Virus record (IMG/VR): IMGVR_UViG_2571042438_000006
Direction: 5' to 3' (one strand)
DNA length: 40,997 nucleotides
Source of the DNA: a virus
Lineage: Duplodnaviria; Heunggongvirae; Uroviricota; Caudoviricetes
Both the position numbers and the translations under genes were made by a program. This document shows, piece by piece, positions 8,675-17,924 of the stretch (positions are counted from its first letter, which is position 1; each line of letters opens with the position of its first letter). The notes under the pieces were generated by a model. The model saw only the letters and a program-made list of their open reading frames with translations. It was not told the origin of the DNA and searched no databases.

Positions 8675-9604
8675 ATGGCAAACACTGCTGAGATATTCAA
8701 TTTTCCAGTGCCGGATGCGGCACAAAAGGAGCCGCGCGTGGCAGATCTCGATGATGGTTATACGCGCATTGCAAATGAGTTGCTGGAAGCTGTGATGCTG
8801 GCCGGATTAACACAGCACCAGCTTCTGGTCTTCCTGGCTGTCATGCGCAAAACATATGGCTTTAATAAAAAACTGGATTGGGTGAGCAACGAGCAACTGT
8901 CCGGATTGACCGGGATATTACCGCACAAGTGTTCTGCTGCAAAAAGTGTTCTGGTAAAGCGTGGGATTTTGATTCAGAGCGGGCGGAATATCGGTATTAA
9001 TAATGTGGTCAGTGAATGGTCAACATTACCCGAATCAGGTAAGAAAAATAAAGTTTACCTGAAAGAGGTAAATTTACCTGAATCAGGTAAGAAAAGTTTA
9101 CCCAAATCAGGTAAAGGCGTTTACCCGAATCAGGTAAACACAAAAGACAAACTAACAAAAGACAATATAAAACCTTTTTCGTCCGAGAATTCTGGCGAAT
9201 CCTCTGACCAACCAGAAAACGATCTTCCTGTGGTGAAACCAGATGCTGCAATTCAGAGCGGCAGCAAGTGGGGGACAGCAGAAGACCTGACCGCCGCAGA
9301 GTGGATGTTTGACATGGTGAAGACCATCGCACCATCAGCCAGAAAACCGAATTTTGCAGGGTGGGCTAACGATATCCGCCTGATGCGTGAACGTGACGGA
9401 CGTAACCACCGCGACATGTGCGTGCTTTTCCGCTGGGCATGCCAGGACAACTTCTGGTCCGGTAACGTGCTAAGTCCGGCCAAACTCCGCGACAAGTGGA
9501 CCCAACTCGAAATCAACCGTAACAAGCAACAGGCAGGCATGATAGCCAGCAAACCAAAACTCGACCTGACAAACACTGACTGGATTTACGGGGTGGATTT
9601 ATGA
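8675..9604 (+). CDS. O: Replication initiator O (lambda O-like; origin embedded in the gene)
   Basis: MANTAEIFNFP...VADLDDGYTRIANELLEA...LRKTYGFNK parallels lambda O; GGGAGG ribosome-binding site before the ATG at 8675. The ORF track begins at an upstream ATG (8585) that I consider unlikely to be used. Confidence 0.85.
   Translation: MANTAEIFNFPVPDAAQKEPRVADLDDGYTRIANELLEAVMLAGLTQHQLLVFLAVMRKTYGFNKKLDWVSNEQLSGLTGILPHKCSAAKSVLVKRGILIQSGRNIGINNVVSEWSTLPESGKKNKVYLKEVNLPESGKKSLPKSGKGVYPNQVNTKDKLTKDNIKPFSSENSGESSDQPENDLPVVKPDAAIQSGSKWGTAEDLTAAEWMFDMVKTIAPSARKPNFAGWANDIRLMRERDGRNHRDMCVLFRWACQDNFWSGNVLSPAKLRDKWTQLEINRNKQQAGMIASKPKLDLTNTDWIYGVDL
9026..9180 (+). repeat. Replication origin: four about 18-bp iterons (TTACCYRAATCAGGTAAR) followed by an A/T-rich stretch
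   Basis: Iterons at about 9026-9043, 9074-9091, 9098-9115 and 9121-9138, then AT-rich CACAAAAGACAAACTAACAAAAGACAATATAAAACCTTTTT: the classic lambda ori architecture inside O. Confidence 0.85.
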
Positions 9605-10302
9605 AAAACATCGCCGCACAGATGGTTAACTTTGACCGTGAGCAGATGCGTCGGATCGCCAACAACATGCCGGAACAGTACGACGAAAAGCCGCAGGTAC
9701 AGCAGGTAGCGCAGATCATCAACGGTGTGTTCAGCCAGTTACTGGCAACTTTCCCGGCGAGCCTGGCTAACCGTGACCAGAATGAACTGAACGAAATCCG
9801 CCGCCAGTGGGTGCTGGCTTTTCGGGAAAACGGGATCACCACAATGGAACAGGTTAACGCTGGAATGCGCGTAGCCCGTCGGCAGAATCGACCATTCCTG
9901 CCATCACCCGGGCAGTTTGTCGCCTGGTGCCGGGAAGAAGCATCCGTTACCGCCGGGCTGCCAAACGCCAGCGAGCTGGTTGATATGGTTTACGAGTATT
10001 GCCGGAAGCGCGGGCTGTATCCGGATGCAGAGTCTTATCCGTGGAAATCAAACGCGCACTACTGGCTGGTTACCAACCTGTATCAGAACATGCGGGCCAA
10101 TGCGTTGACTGACGCGGAATTACGGCGCAAGGCTGCCGATGAACTGTCCTGTATGACCGCACGAATTAACCGTGGTGAGGCTATACCTGAACCAGTAAAA
10201 CAACTTCCTGTCATGGGCGGTAGACCTCTAAATCGTGCACAGGCTCTGGCGAAGATCGCAGAAATCAAAGCTAAGTTTGGGCTGAAAGGAGCAAGGGTAT
10301 GA
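9601..10302 (+). CDS. P: Replication protein P (DnaB helicase loader)
   Basis: 233 aa, MKNIAAQMVNFDREQMRRIANNMPEQYDEKPQVQQVAQIINGVF..., near-identical to lambda P as recalled; start overlaps the O stop. Confidence 0.95.
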   Translation: MKNIAAQMVNFDREQMRRIANNMPEQYDEKPQVQQVAQIINGVFSQLLATFPASLANRDQNELNEIRRQWVLAFRENGITTMEQVNAGMRVARRQNRPFLPSPGQFVAWCREEASVTAGLPNASELVDMVYEYCRKRGLYPDAESYPWKSNAHYWLVTNLYQNMRANALTDAELRRKAADELSCMTARINRGEAIPEPVKQLPVMGGRPLNRAQALAKIAEIKAKFGLKGARV

Positions 10303-10601
10303 CGGGCAAAGAGGCAATTATTCATTACCTGGGGACTCATAAGAAATTCTGTGCGCAGGACGTTGCCGCGGTAACAGGCGCAACGGTAACCAGCATAAAT
10401 CAGGCTGCGGCTAAAATGGCACGGGCAGGTCTTCTGGCTATCGAAGGTAAGGTCTGGCGAACGGTGTATTACCGGTTTGCTACCAGAGAAGAACGGGAAG
10501 GAAAGGTGAGCACGAATCTGATTTTTAAGGAGTGTCGCCAGAGTGCCGCGATGAAACGGGTATTGAGGGTATATAAAAGAACATCAATGGGTACACAATG
10601 A
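10299..10601 (+). CDS. ren: Ren (protection from Rex exclusion)
   Basis: MTGKEAIIHYLGTH...VTGATVTSINQAAAKMARAG...GKVWRTVYYRFATREEREGK matches lambda Ren. Confidence 0.85.
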   Translation: MTGKEAIIHYLGTHKKFCAQDVAAVTGATVTSINQAAAKMARAGLLAIEGKVWRTVYYRFATREEREGKVSTNLIFKECRQSAAMKRVLRVYKRTSMGTQ

Positions 10602-10668
10602 TGAAACAGGTGAGTTGAGTTCAAACTGTAGTACAATTCTCTCCAGTTTGAACAGGAAAGAATATTCT

Positions 10669-11001
10669 ATGAACCCTTATATTTATCTTGGTGGTGCAAT
10701 ACTTGCAGAGGTCATTGGTACAACCTTAATGAAGTTTTCAGAAGGTTTTACACGGTTATGGCCATCTGTTGGTACAATTATTTGTTATTGTGCATCATTC
10801 TGGTTATTAGCTCAGACGCTGGCTTATATTCCTACAGGGATTGCTTATGCTATCTGGTCAGGAGTCGGTATTGTCCTGATTAGCTTACTGTCATGGGGAC
10901 TTTTCGGCCAACGGCTGGACCTGCCAGCCATTATAGGCATGATGTTGATTTGTGCCGGTGTGTTGGTTATTAATTTATTGTCACGAAGCACACCACATTA
11001 A
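10669..11001 (+). CDS. emrE: Small multidrug resistance efflux transporter EmrE
   Basis: 110 aa from MNPYIYLGGAILAEVIGTTLMKFSEGFTRLWPSVGTIICY; four transmembrane helices with the conserved Glu14. Confidence 0.9.
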   Translation: MNPYIYLGGAILAEVIGTTLMKFSEGFTRLWPSVGTIICYCASFWLLAQTLAYIPTGIAYAIWSGVGIVLISLLSWGLFGQRLDLPAIIGMMLICAGVLVINLLSRSTPH

Positions 11002-11030
11002 AAATAATTTGTTTCTAAACGACTAAAATA

Positions 11031-11075
11031 TGGAGGCTCTTATATTTATATGAGCCTCGTTTTATGCTTTTTGTT
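11031..11075 (+). terminator. Rho-independent terminator after emrE
   Basis: GGAGGCTC-TTATATTTATAT-GAGCCTC hairpin followed by a T-rich tract. Confidence 0.5.
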
Positions 11076-11257
11076 AATGTCTTTATTTTTTTATGTATTC
11101 TTTTGTGCTTTCAAGATTATGGCGTAAGAAAATTGCAATACGATTATTGTTGTATATTCAAGATAATGTGACCTTAATTGTCTTTTTAAATAAAAATTAA
11201 ACAAAAATTATATCCCACCACTAAGGTTTATAAAAGCATACGTTAGCAGGTGTCACC

Positions 11258-12784
11258 ATGAAAAAAGCCATAGCATATATGCGATTTTCATCACCAGGTC
11301 AGATGTCTGGCGACTCATTAAACCGACAGAGAAGACTTATTGCTGAATGGTTAAAGGTAAATAGTGATTATTATCTTGATACCATAACATATGAAGATTT
11401 AGGATTAAGTGCATTCAAAGGAAAGCATGCACAATCAGGAGCTTTTTCGGAATTTTTAGATGCTATAGAGCATGGTTATATATTGCCAGGAACTACATTG
11501 TTAGTTGAAAGTCTGGACAGACTTTCAAGAGAAAAAGTCGGTGAAGCGATTGAACGTCTGAAATTGATTTTGAATCACGGTATTGATGTTATAACTCTTT
11601 GCGACAATACAGTCTATAATATTGACTCTTTGAATGAGCCATATTCATTAATAAAAGCCATACTTATAGCACAAAGGGCAAATGAAGAAAGCGAGATAAA
11701 GTCAAGTCGGGTTAAATTATCATGGAAGAAAAAACGGCAGGATGCACTGGAATCAGGTACGATTATGACGGCGTCTTGTCCGAGATGGCTCTCCTTAGAT
11801 GACAAAAGAACGGCTTTTGTTCCAGACCCCGACAGGGTGAAAACTATTGAGCTAATTTTTAAACTCAGGATGGAAAGGCGCTCATTGAATGCAATAGCCA
11901 AGTATTTAAATGATCATGCTGTAAAGAATTTCTCAGGAAAAGAAAGTGCATGGGGACCTTCTGTAATTGAAAAATTATTAGCGAATAAAGCTCTGATAGG
12001 TATATGCGTACCTTCATATCGTGCAAGAGGTAAAGGAATAAGTGAAATCGCTGGCTATTATCCCAGAGTCATATCAGATGATTTGTTTTACGCTGTACAG
12101 GAAATTCGGTTGGCACCTTTTGGTATTAGCAATAGTAGCAAAAATCCTATGTTGATAAATCTACTTCGAACAGTTATGAAGTGCGAGGCTTGTGGTAATA
12201 CCATGATTGTTCATGCGGTATCTGGAAGTTTGCATGGCTATTATGTTTGTCCGATGAGAAGACTGCATCGATGTGACAGGCCATCAATAAAGAGAGATTT
12301 GGTTGATTATAATATCATTAATGAGTTGCTTTTTAATTGTAGTAAAATCCAACCAGTTGAAAACAAGAAAGATGCTAATGAAACTTTAGAGTTGAAAATT
12401 ATTGAGCTCCAGATGAAAATTAATAATTTAATTGCTGCATTATCTGTTGCGCCTGAAGTTACCGCTATAGCAGAAAAAATCAGAGTATTAGATAAGGAAT
12501 TACGAAGGGCTTCTGTATCATTAAAAACTTTGAAGAGTAAAGCGGTGAGTTCACTTGGTGATTTTCATGCTATTGACTTAACCAGTAAAAATGGGCGAGA
12601 GCTATGTCGTACACTTGCCTATAAAACATTCGAAAAAATCATAATCAATACAGATAATAAAACCTGTGATATCTATTTTATGAATGGCATTGTTTTTAAA
12701 CACTATCCTTTAATGAAAACAATATCCGCCCAGCAGGCGATAAGTACTCTCAAATATATGGTTGATGGTGAGGTTTATTTTTGA
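11258..12784 (+). CDS. ybcK: Large serine recombinase (resolvase/invertase catalytic domain, recombinase domain, zinc ribbon, coiled coil); YbcK-like
   Basis: 508 aa; N-terminal AIAYMRFSSPGQ...SLNRQ with the catalytic Ser motif; Cys-rich CEACGN...YYVCPMRRLHRCD zinc ribbon; AT-rich cargo. Confidence 0.85.
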   Translation: MKKAIAYMRFSSPGQMSGDSLNRQRRLIAEWLKVNSDYYLDTITYEDLGLSAFKGKHAQSGAFSEFLDAIEHGYILPGTTLLVESLDRLSREKVGEAIERLKLILNHGIDVITLCDNTVYNIDSLNEPYSLIKAILIAQRANEESEIKSSRVKLSWKKKRQDALESGTIMTASCPRWLSLDDKRTAFVPDPDRVKTIELIFKLRMERRSLNAIAKYLNDHAVKNFSGKESAWGPSVIEKLLANKALIGICVPSYRARGKGISEIAGYYPRVISDDLFYAVQEIRLAPFGISNSSKNPMLINLLRTVMKCEACGNTMIVHAVSGSLHGYYVCPMRRLHRCDRPSIKRDLVDYNIINELLFNCSKIQPVENKKDANETLELKIIELQMKINNLIAALSVAPEVTAIAEKIRVLDKELRRASVSLKTLKSKAVSSLGDFHAIDLTSKNGRELCRTLAYKTFEKIIINTDNKTCDIYFMNGIVFKHYPLMKTISAQQAISTLKYMVDGEVYF

Positions 12785-12895
12785 GTAATAATCACTTTTT
12801 CAACCGTGCTATAGTAAGAAAGTTAGGTAAGTACAATAAAATTATCTATCCTGAACGAAGCGTCCTGAGCTATGGTTTTACTATAGAGACTGCCA

Positions 12896-13219
12896 ATGGA
12901 TGCTGGCGTTCTCGTTCTAGCAGTTCAACAATACCCAATCACAAAACAATTCACTGATAACGAACTTTGCACACTCGCCTGGTTATGGCGAGCAGGGAAT
13001 GTGATGTTAATTACCTACCAGAACGTTACTCCTCTTCTTCAGGTTGCGGAGCATCGTGAAGCTGGTCGCTTCACTTCTATCGAGCAAGAATATCCCCAGA
13101 TACTCAATAAGGCACAGGCAATCCTTGCCAGAGAAACGGCACATGTAAAATTCCGGCCGTGGCAGGATGATAAGTGGAGTCGAGTTTTGCCGCATTTACG
13201 TTCGGATCGATTACAGTAG
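12896..13219 (+). CDS. Hypothetical protein (107 aa), no recognised domain
   Basis: ORF only; sits in the AT-rich cargo block downstream of the serine recombinase. Confidence 0.3.
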   Translation: MDAGVLVLAVQQYPITKQFTDNELCTLAWLWRAGNVMLITYQNVTPLLQVAEHREAGRFTSIEQEYPQILNKAQAILARETAHVKFRPWQDDKWSRVLPHLRSDRLQ

Positions 13220-13680
13220 ATTCCAATTAACAATGAGAAACACATAGCCACCCCGTGGTATTGAAACCATATAATGTTGGATTTGAAAACAGATCTTTTT
13301 CCATGTATTAATAACTACATCCCCGCGAGTGATTCAAAAAGGAGGGCCCAATTTTGTCCGAGTTTTTGTATTCCCCCGCATGCCGCTGCGGAGCACTACA
13401 TCTGAGTGTCTGACTAGGGGATAAAATTAGACTGGATAGTGAGAAGAAAGTGGCGTGCTAGGCTGTGCCGAGTGCTACCAGTACACCCTGGGGGTGTGCA
13501 GCTTTCGCCGAGACTGTAGTGGGTATCGGTTAATGCACGAAAAACCGAGAGGTCAGACAACCAATTTGCCGTAGGATTGTTTCCGGTGCGATACCGGTGT
13601 ACTAACTGAAAGCAATGCGAAAAAGCATAAACTCGGTCCTTCAGTCGCCCTACACACTATTTACTAAGAAGGGCTAAAGC

Positions 13681-14037
13681 ATGGATACAATTATCACATG
13701 GATGGGAGATCGTCTGTTGGGGTGGATAACAAACAAATCCGATCTGCGGCAGAGGGCAATCACTGGATTAACTCCTGCGATTTATTCAACAATTTTATAT
13801 ACTGAAAAATTAAAACGTGGTGAGCCTAATAACCCAAACGAAGAAGAAAAACTTTATAGACTTTGGTATGAAGCGTCTTCCCAAGTCGTAGACTTTGATC
13901 GAGAGCTGGCTAAAAGATGTTTAGATAAATCAGAATATTGGCTTCATTCTGAATTATATAGCCCTGAGAAAGTTGGAGAGCTAAACATTTCTTTGGTTGG
14001 TATGAAGGCAACGCTTGAAGGAATAAAGCACAATTAA
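13681..14037 (+). CDS. Hypothetical protein (118 aa), no recognised domain
   Basis: ORF preceded by AAGAAGGG about 10 nt upstream of the ATG; AT-rich codon usage. Confidence 0.35.
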   Translation: MDTIITWMGDRLLGWITNKSDLRQRAITGLTPAIYSTILYTEKLKRGEPNNPNEEEKLYRLWYEASSQVVDFDRELAKRCLDKSEYWLHSELYSPEKVGELNISLVGMKATLEGIKHN

Positions 14038-14224
14038 AACCTTTGATTTGCGATAATCAACTCGCCATAATCATGTCATCGGAGCCTGAACAACTCCGGT
14101 GACTTCTGCGCTAAACGGGGACGTTTATGCGCACACACAATCCAAACTCTCTTCTCCCTCCACAGATGCAGAAATGCACCTGCGATATATTGTATCCAGC
14201 GTTTGACCTCTGCGGAGGTGAAGC

Positions 14225-14680
14225 GTGAATCTCCCACAAGATGGCATCAAATTACATCGCGGTAACTTCACCGCTATCGGTCGGCAGATCCAGCCTTATC
14301 TGGAGGAGGGCAAATGCTTTCGCATGGTGCTTAAACCGTGGCGTGAGAAACGCAGTCTTTCCCAGAATGCACTCAGCCACATGTGGTACAGCGAAATCAG
14401 TGAATACCTCATCAGCAGGGGTAAAACGTTCGCTACTCCAGCTTGGGTAAAAGATGCTCTCAAACACACATATCTCGGTTATGAAACCAAAGACCTGGTT
14501 GATGTCGTAACCGGTGATATCACCACTATCCAGTCGTTACGCCATACCTCCGATCTTGATACCGGAGAGATGTATGTCTTCCTGTGTAAGGTTGAAGCCT
14601 GGGCGGTGAATATTGGCTGCCACCTGACTATTCCGCAGAGCTGCGAGTTCCAGCTGCTCCGCGACAAGCAGGAGGCGTAA
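14225..14680 (+). CDS. ybcN: YbcN-like nin-region protein (DUF1367)
   Basis: 151 aa, [55 protein letters not shown]..., as K-12 YbcN. Confidence 0.8.
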   Translation: MNLPQDGIKLHRGNFTAIGRQIQPYLEEGKCFRMVLKPWREKRSLSQNALSHMWYSEISEYLISRGKTFATPAWVKDALKHTYLGYETKDLVDVVTGDITTIQSLRHTSDLDTGEMYVFLCKVEAWAVNIGCHLTIPQSCEFQLLRDKQEA

Positions 14681-14850
14681 TGGCTACACCGCTTATTCGT
14701 GTCATGAACGGACACATCTACAGAGTACCAGATCGTCGTAAGCGTAAACCGGAGCTGAAGCCTTCCGAAATACCAACACTGCTCGGATATACCGCCAGCC
14801 TGGTTGATAAAAAATGGTTGCGACTGGCAGCAAGGAGGAATCATGGCTGA
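14680..14850 (+). CDS. ninE: NinE (56 aa; below the ORF-track size cut-off)
   Basis: My translation: [56 protein letters not shown]; ATG overlaps the ybcN stop (TAATG) and its end overlaps the ybcO start. Confidence 0.7.
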   Translation: MATPLIRVMNGHIYRVPDRRKRKPELKPSEIPTLLGYTASLVDKKWLRLAARRNHG

Positions 14851-15133
14851 TTTGAGAAAAGCAGCGCGTAGTCGGGAATGCCAGGTAAGAATCCCTGGCG
14901 TATGTAATGGCAACCCTGAAACGTCTGTACTGGCACATATCCGGCTGACTGGATTGTGCGGCACCGGTACCAAACCGCCAGACCTGATTGCCACCATTGC
15001 ATGTTCTGCCTGCCACGACGAAATCGACCGCCGCACACATTTTGTCGATGCTGCATATGCAAAAGAATGCGCGCTGGAAGGTATGGCGAGAACACAGGTT
15101 ATCTGGCTGAAAGAGGGGGTTATTAAGGCGTGA
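14843..15133 (+). CDS. ybcO: YbcO-like nin-region protein (DUF1364, putative nuclease)
   Basis: 96 aa from [34 protein letters not shown]; Cys-rich; AGGAGG ribosome-binding site. Confidence 0.8.
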   Translation: MADLRKAARSRECQVRIPGVCNGNPETSVLAHIRLTGLCGTGTKPPDLIATIACSACHDEIDRRTHFVDAAYAKECALEGMARTQVIWLKEGVIKA

Positions 15134-15492
15134 ATACCTACAGCATCACATTACCCTGGCCTCCGAGCAATAATCGCTATTACCGCCATAATCGCGGGCG
15201 CACGCACGTCAGCGCAGAGGGGCAGGCATACCGCGATAACGTCGCCCGAATCATTAAAAACGCAATGCTGGATATCGGCCTGGCTATGCCTGTGAAAATC
15301 CGCATTGAGTGCCACATGCCGGATCGCCGTCGCCGTGACCTGGATAATCTGCAAAAAGCCGCTTTTGACGCACTCACTAAAGCAGGTTTCTGGCTGGATG
15401 ATGCTCAGGTCGTTGATTACCGCGTTGTGAAGATGCCTGTTACCAAAGGTGGGAGGCTGGAACTGACCATCACCGAAATGGGGAATGAATGA
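15130..15492 (+). CDS. rusA: RusA Holliday-junction resolvase
   Basis: 120 aa, [36 protein letters not shown]...[25 protein letters not shown] with the catalytic Asp residues. Confidence 0.9.
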   Translation: MNTYSITLPWPPSNNRYYRHNRGRTHVSAEGQAYRDNVARIIKNAMLDIGLAMPVKIRIECHMPDRRRRDLDNLQKAAFDALTKAGFWLDDAQVVDYRVVKMPVTKGGRLELTITEMGNE

Positions 15493-15629
15493 TGTTTGAG
15501 TTTTATATGGCAGAACGTCTTCGCCACCGCTGGGGGCGTCTGCGCTTATATCGTTTCCCCGGTTCTGTTTTGACCGATTACCGAATACTGAAGAATTACG
15601 CCAAAACCCTGACAGGAGCAGGAGTATGA
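15489..15629 (+). CDS. ylcG: YlcG-like small protein (46 aa; below the ORF-track cut-off)
   Basis: My translation: [46 protein letters not shown]; start overlaps the rusA stop. Confidence 0.55.
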   Translation: MMFEFYMAERLRHRWGRLRLYRFPGSVLTDYRILKNYAKTLTGAGV

Positions 15630-15714
15630 AGTCAGAGATAACAATCAACTAATACTGTTTCGTTGATTTTTGCTTGTAATTGGCGTTCTGGTCTGATTTT
15701 TGTGGAGTAAGTTG

Positions 15715-16092
15715 ATGCGTGATATTCAGATGGTTCTTGAGCGTTGGGGAGCGTGGGCGGCTAATAATCATGAAGATGTGACCTGGTCGTCCATTGCCGC
15801 CGGTTTTAAGGGATTAATTACTTCAAAAGTAAAATCTCGCCCACAATGTTGTGACGATGACGCGATGATCATTTGCGGGTGCATGGCCCGTCTGAAAAAG
15901 AACAACAGCGATTTGCATGATTTATTGGTGGACTATTATGTCGGCGGCATGACTTTTATGGCGCTTGCACGTAAGCATGGGCGATCTGATTGTTGGGTTG
16001 GCAGGATGCTTCAGAAAGCTGAGGGCGTAGTGGAGGGTATGCTGATGGTGTTGGATCTCCGATTGGAGATGGATGCTGATTGTTCGAAATAA
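15715..16092 (+). CDS. quuD: Late-gene antiterminator Q (phage 21/82-type, QuuD-like)
   Basis: [34 protein letters not shown]...[16 protein letters not shown] Cys-rich zinc-binding region; last gene of the nin operon. Confidence 0.85.
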   Translation: MRDIQMVLERWGAWAANNHEDVTWSSIAAGFKGLITSKVKSRPQCCDDDAMIICGCMARLKKNNSDLHDLLVDYYVGGMTFMALARKHGRSDCWVGRMLQKAEGVVEGMLMVLDLRLEMDADCSK

Positions 16093-16192
16093 TTAAAGGA
16101 AAAGTTGCTGTCTGATTGTCATTAGTCTAACATTTTAAATGTTGGAATCGCAACGTAGTTATTATCATATAACAGCTTGTTTCCTGATTTAG

Positions 16193-16219
16193 CCAGCCTC
16201 CCCAAAGGCTGGTTTTTTT
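16193..16219 (+). terminator. Rho-independent terminator about 100 nt downstream of Q (tR' analogue; the late promoter PR' is expected at about 16100-16190)
   Basis: CCAGCCT-CCCCAA-AGGCTGG hairpin followed by TTTTTTT. Confidence 0.6.
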
Positions 16220-16247
16220 CTAATAAGTATTATTTCGGGTAGGGATT

Positions 16248-16772
16248 TTATTGTTTAACCCATAATAATTCATTGACATTGAATCCCAACTTTTGAGCGG
16301 TTCGCACATAGTCTGCTTTTACTTTATCTGGAATAGTTGGGGTCCTTGCCAGAATCCATAGGTATTCTCTGTTCGGACCACTGACAAGAGCATACTTATA
16401 CTCATCATCCAGTTTGATTACATTATAGCCACCATAGAAGGGGCCAAAAAACGAAACCTTCAATGCTGCAGTTTTAGTATCTCCAGTAAAGTATGCTTTA
16501 CCTTCGCTCTCGCTCCATTTATTTTTCGTTGGATCGTATCCACGGTTAAGTACACGAATCCCTCCGTCGTTCCGTTTTCCATAAGTAGCGCTGACCTGTT
16601 CCAGACCACGTTCGAACCGGTTCTCGAGGCGAGCTATTTCATACCATTTTCCGAGGTAGCGGTTGGCGTCAAAATTTGTAATCGGCTGCACACCTTTAGG
16701 TGGTGTCGGGGCCTTACATGCTATAAGAGTGAAAGAGAGTGCAATGCCAGTCAACACAGGCCATAACTTCAT
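16248..16772 (-). CDS. blc: Bacterial lipocalin (Blc-like outer-membrane lipoprotein)
   Basis: 174 aa; signal peptide with lipobox LIAC; NFDANRYLGKWYEIARLENRFERG and SFFGPFYGGYNVI...YLWILARTP lipocalin motifs. Confidence 0.85.
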   Translation of the reverse strand: MKLWPVLTGIALSFTLIACKAPTPPKGVQPITNFDANRYLGKWYEIARLENRFERGLEQVSATYGKRNDGGIRVLNRGYDPTKNKWSESEGKAYFTGDTKTAALKVSFFGPFYGGYNVIKLDDEYKYALVSGPNREYLWILARTPTIPDKVKADYVRTAQKLGFNVNELLWVKQ

Positions 16773-16964
16773 AATAAATCCTGTACTTTTGATAGTTGAG
16801 AGTAAGTATGAAAGATAGATGATTACGACCGATCACTTAAAGAACTTTCATACTATATTAGGAATAGTCCATAACAGAAAAATTGTCAGTGATGACGCCA
16901 GAAAGGCAATTTATTCCGTGCACTACACAGTTTATGTGTTAATGAATTAGTCAAGGGGGAGAAT

Positions 16965-17924
16965 ATGATAAAAAAACCTGTGATTGGAATCAGCGGTTGT
17001 TTGGCCGGTTCTGCTGTTCGTTTTGATGGTGGTCACAAAAGAGCTGACTTTTTAATGGACAAATTAGTGGAATGGGTAACATTCAGACCAGTATGTCCGG
17101 AAATGGCTATAGGGCTGCCAGTTCCGCGTCCTGCTCTACGTCTTGTGCGCTCGACGCAAGGAAATATACGGATGTGTTTCAGCCACGACCAGAATGAGGA
17201 TGTGACAGAGAGAATGACAGAGTTTAGTCGTTCTTATATGGACAAATTAAAGGATGTATCGGGGTTTGTGGTTTGTGCTAAATCTCCCAGCTGTGGCATG
17301 GAGCGCGTGCGTGTCTATGATGAAAATGGTAATCGAGGTCGTAAAGATGGAGTGGGACTATTTACGAGCACTTTGATGGAAAAGTTTTCCTGGCTACCGG
17401 TTGAAGAGGATGGGCGATTACATGATCCAGTGCTTCGTGAGAATTTTGTTGAAAGAGTTTTTGCTTTGCATGAGCTCAATCACCTTTACAAGGAGAAATT
17501 ATCAAGAAGAGAGTTATTAGCTTTTCATAGTCGTTATAAGCTTCAGTTGTTGGCGCATAGTCAGGCAGGCTATAAAGATATGGGACCATTTGTGGCTGCA
17601 ATACACGAGTGGGCGGACCTTGAATCATACTTTGAGGTGTATCGTGATAAGCTGATGGCGATTCTCAGAAAACCTGCATCACGTAAAAATCACACGAATG
17701 TGCTGATGCATATACAGGGGTATTTTAGTAACTACTTAAGTACACGCCAGCGTAAAGAGTTGAGCGAGGTTATACTTAACTATCGTTCTGGCACATTACC
17801 TCTTCTTGCGCCGTTGACTCTGCTGAAGCATTATCTGGGTGAGTATCCTAATGATTACTTGCTTACACAGAATTACTTCGATCCCTATCCGGACGAACTG
17901 GCTCTAAGACTGATGGTAAATTAA
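16965..17924 (+). CDS. YbgA-type protein: DUF523 (TudS-like Cys-rich) domain fused to DUF1722
   Basis: 319 aa, MIKKPVIGISGCLAG...RPVCPEM...KSPSCGMERVRVYDENGNRGRKDGVGLF...WLPVEEDGRLHDPVLRENFVERVFAL; three conserved Cys. Confidence 0.75.
   Translation: MIKKPVIGISGCLAGSAVRFDGGHKRADFLMDKLVEWVTFRPVCPEMAIGLPVPRPALRLVRSTQGNIRMCFSHDQNEDVTERMTEFSRSYMDKLKDVSGFVVCAKSPSCGMERVRVYDENGNRGRKDGVGLFTSTLMEKFSWLPVEEDGRLHDPVLRENFVERVFALHELNHLYKEKLSRRELLAFHSRYKLQLLAHSQAGYKDMGPFVAAIHEWADLESYFEVYRDKLMAILRKPASRKNHTNVLMHIQGYFSNYLSTRQRKELSEVILNYRSGTLPLLAPLTLLKHYLGEYPNDYLLTQNYFDPYPDELALRLMVN

Noticed and set aside
9026-9138. Tandem roughly 18-bp repeats that could be mistaken for a CRISPR array or VNTR
   Set aside because: They lie inside the O reading frame, have almost no spacer between them, are followed by an A/T-rich block, and match the lambda ori iteron arrangement; no cas genes are present.
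13220-13680. Possible retron msr/msd or group II intron (GTGCG-like motif, hairpins, CTAAC)
   Set aside because: No reverse transcriptase or maturase ORF anywhere nearby and too short for a group II intron. Kept only as an unclassified candidate structured RNA in the findings.
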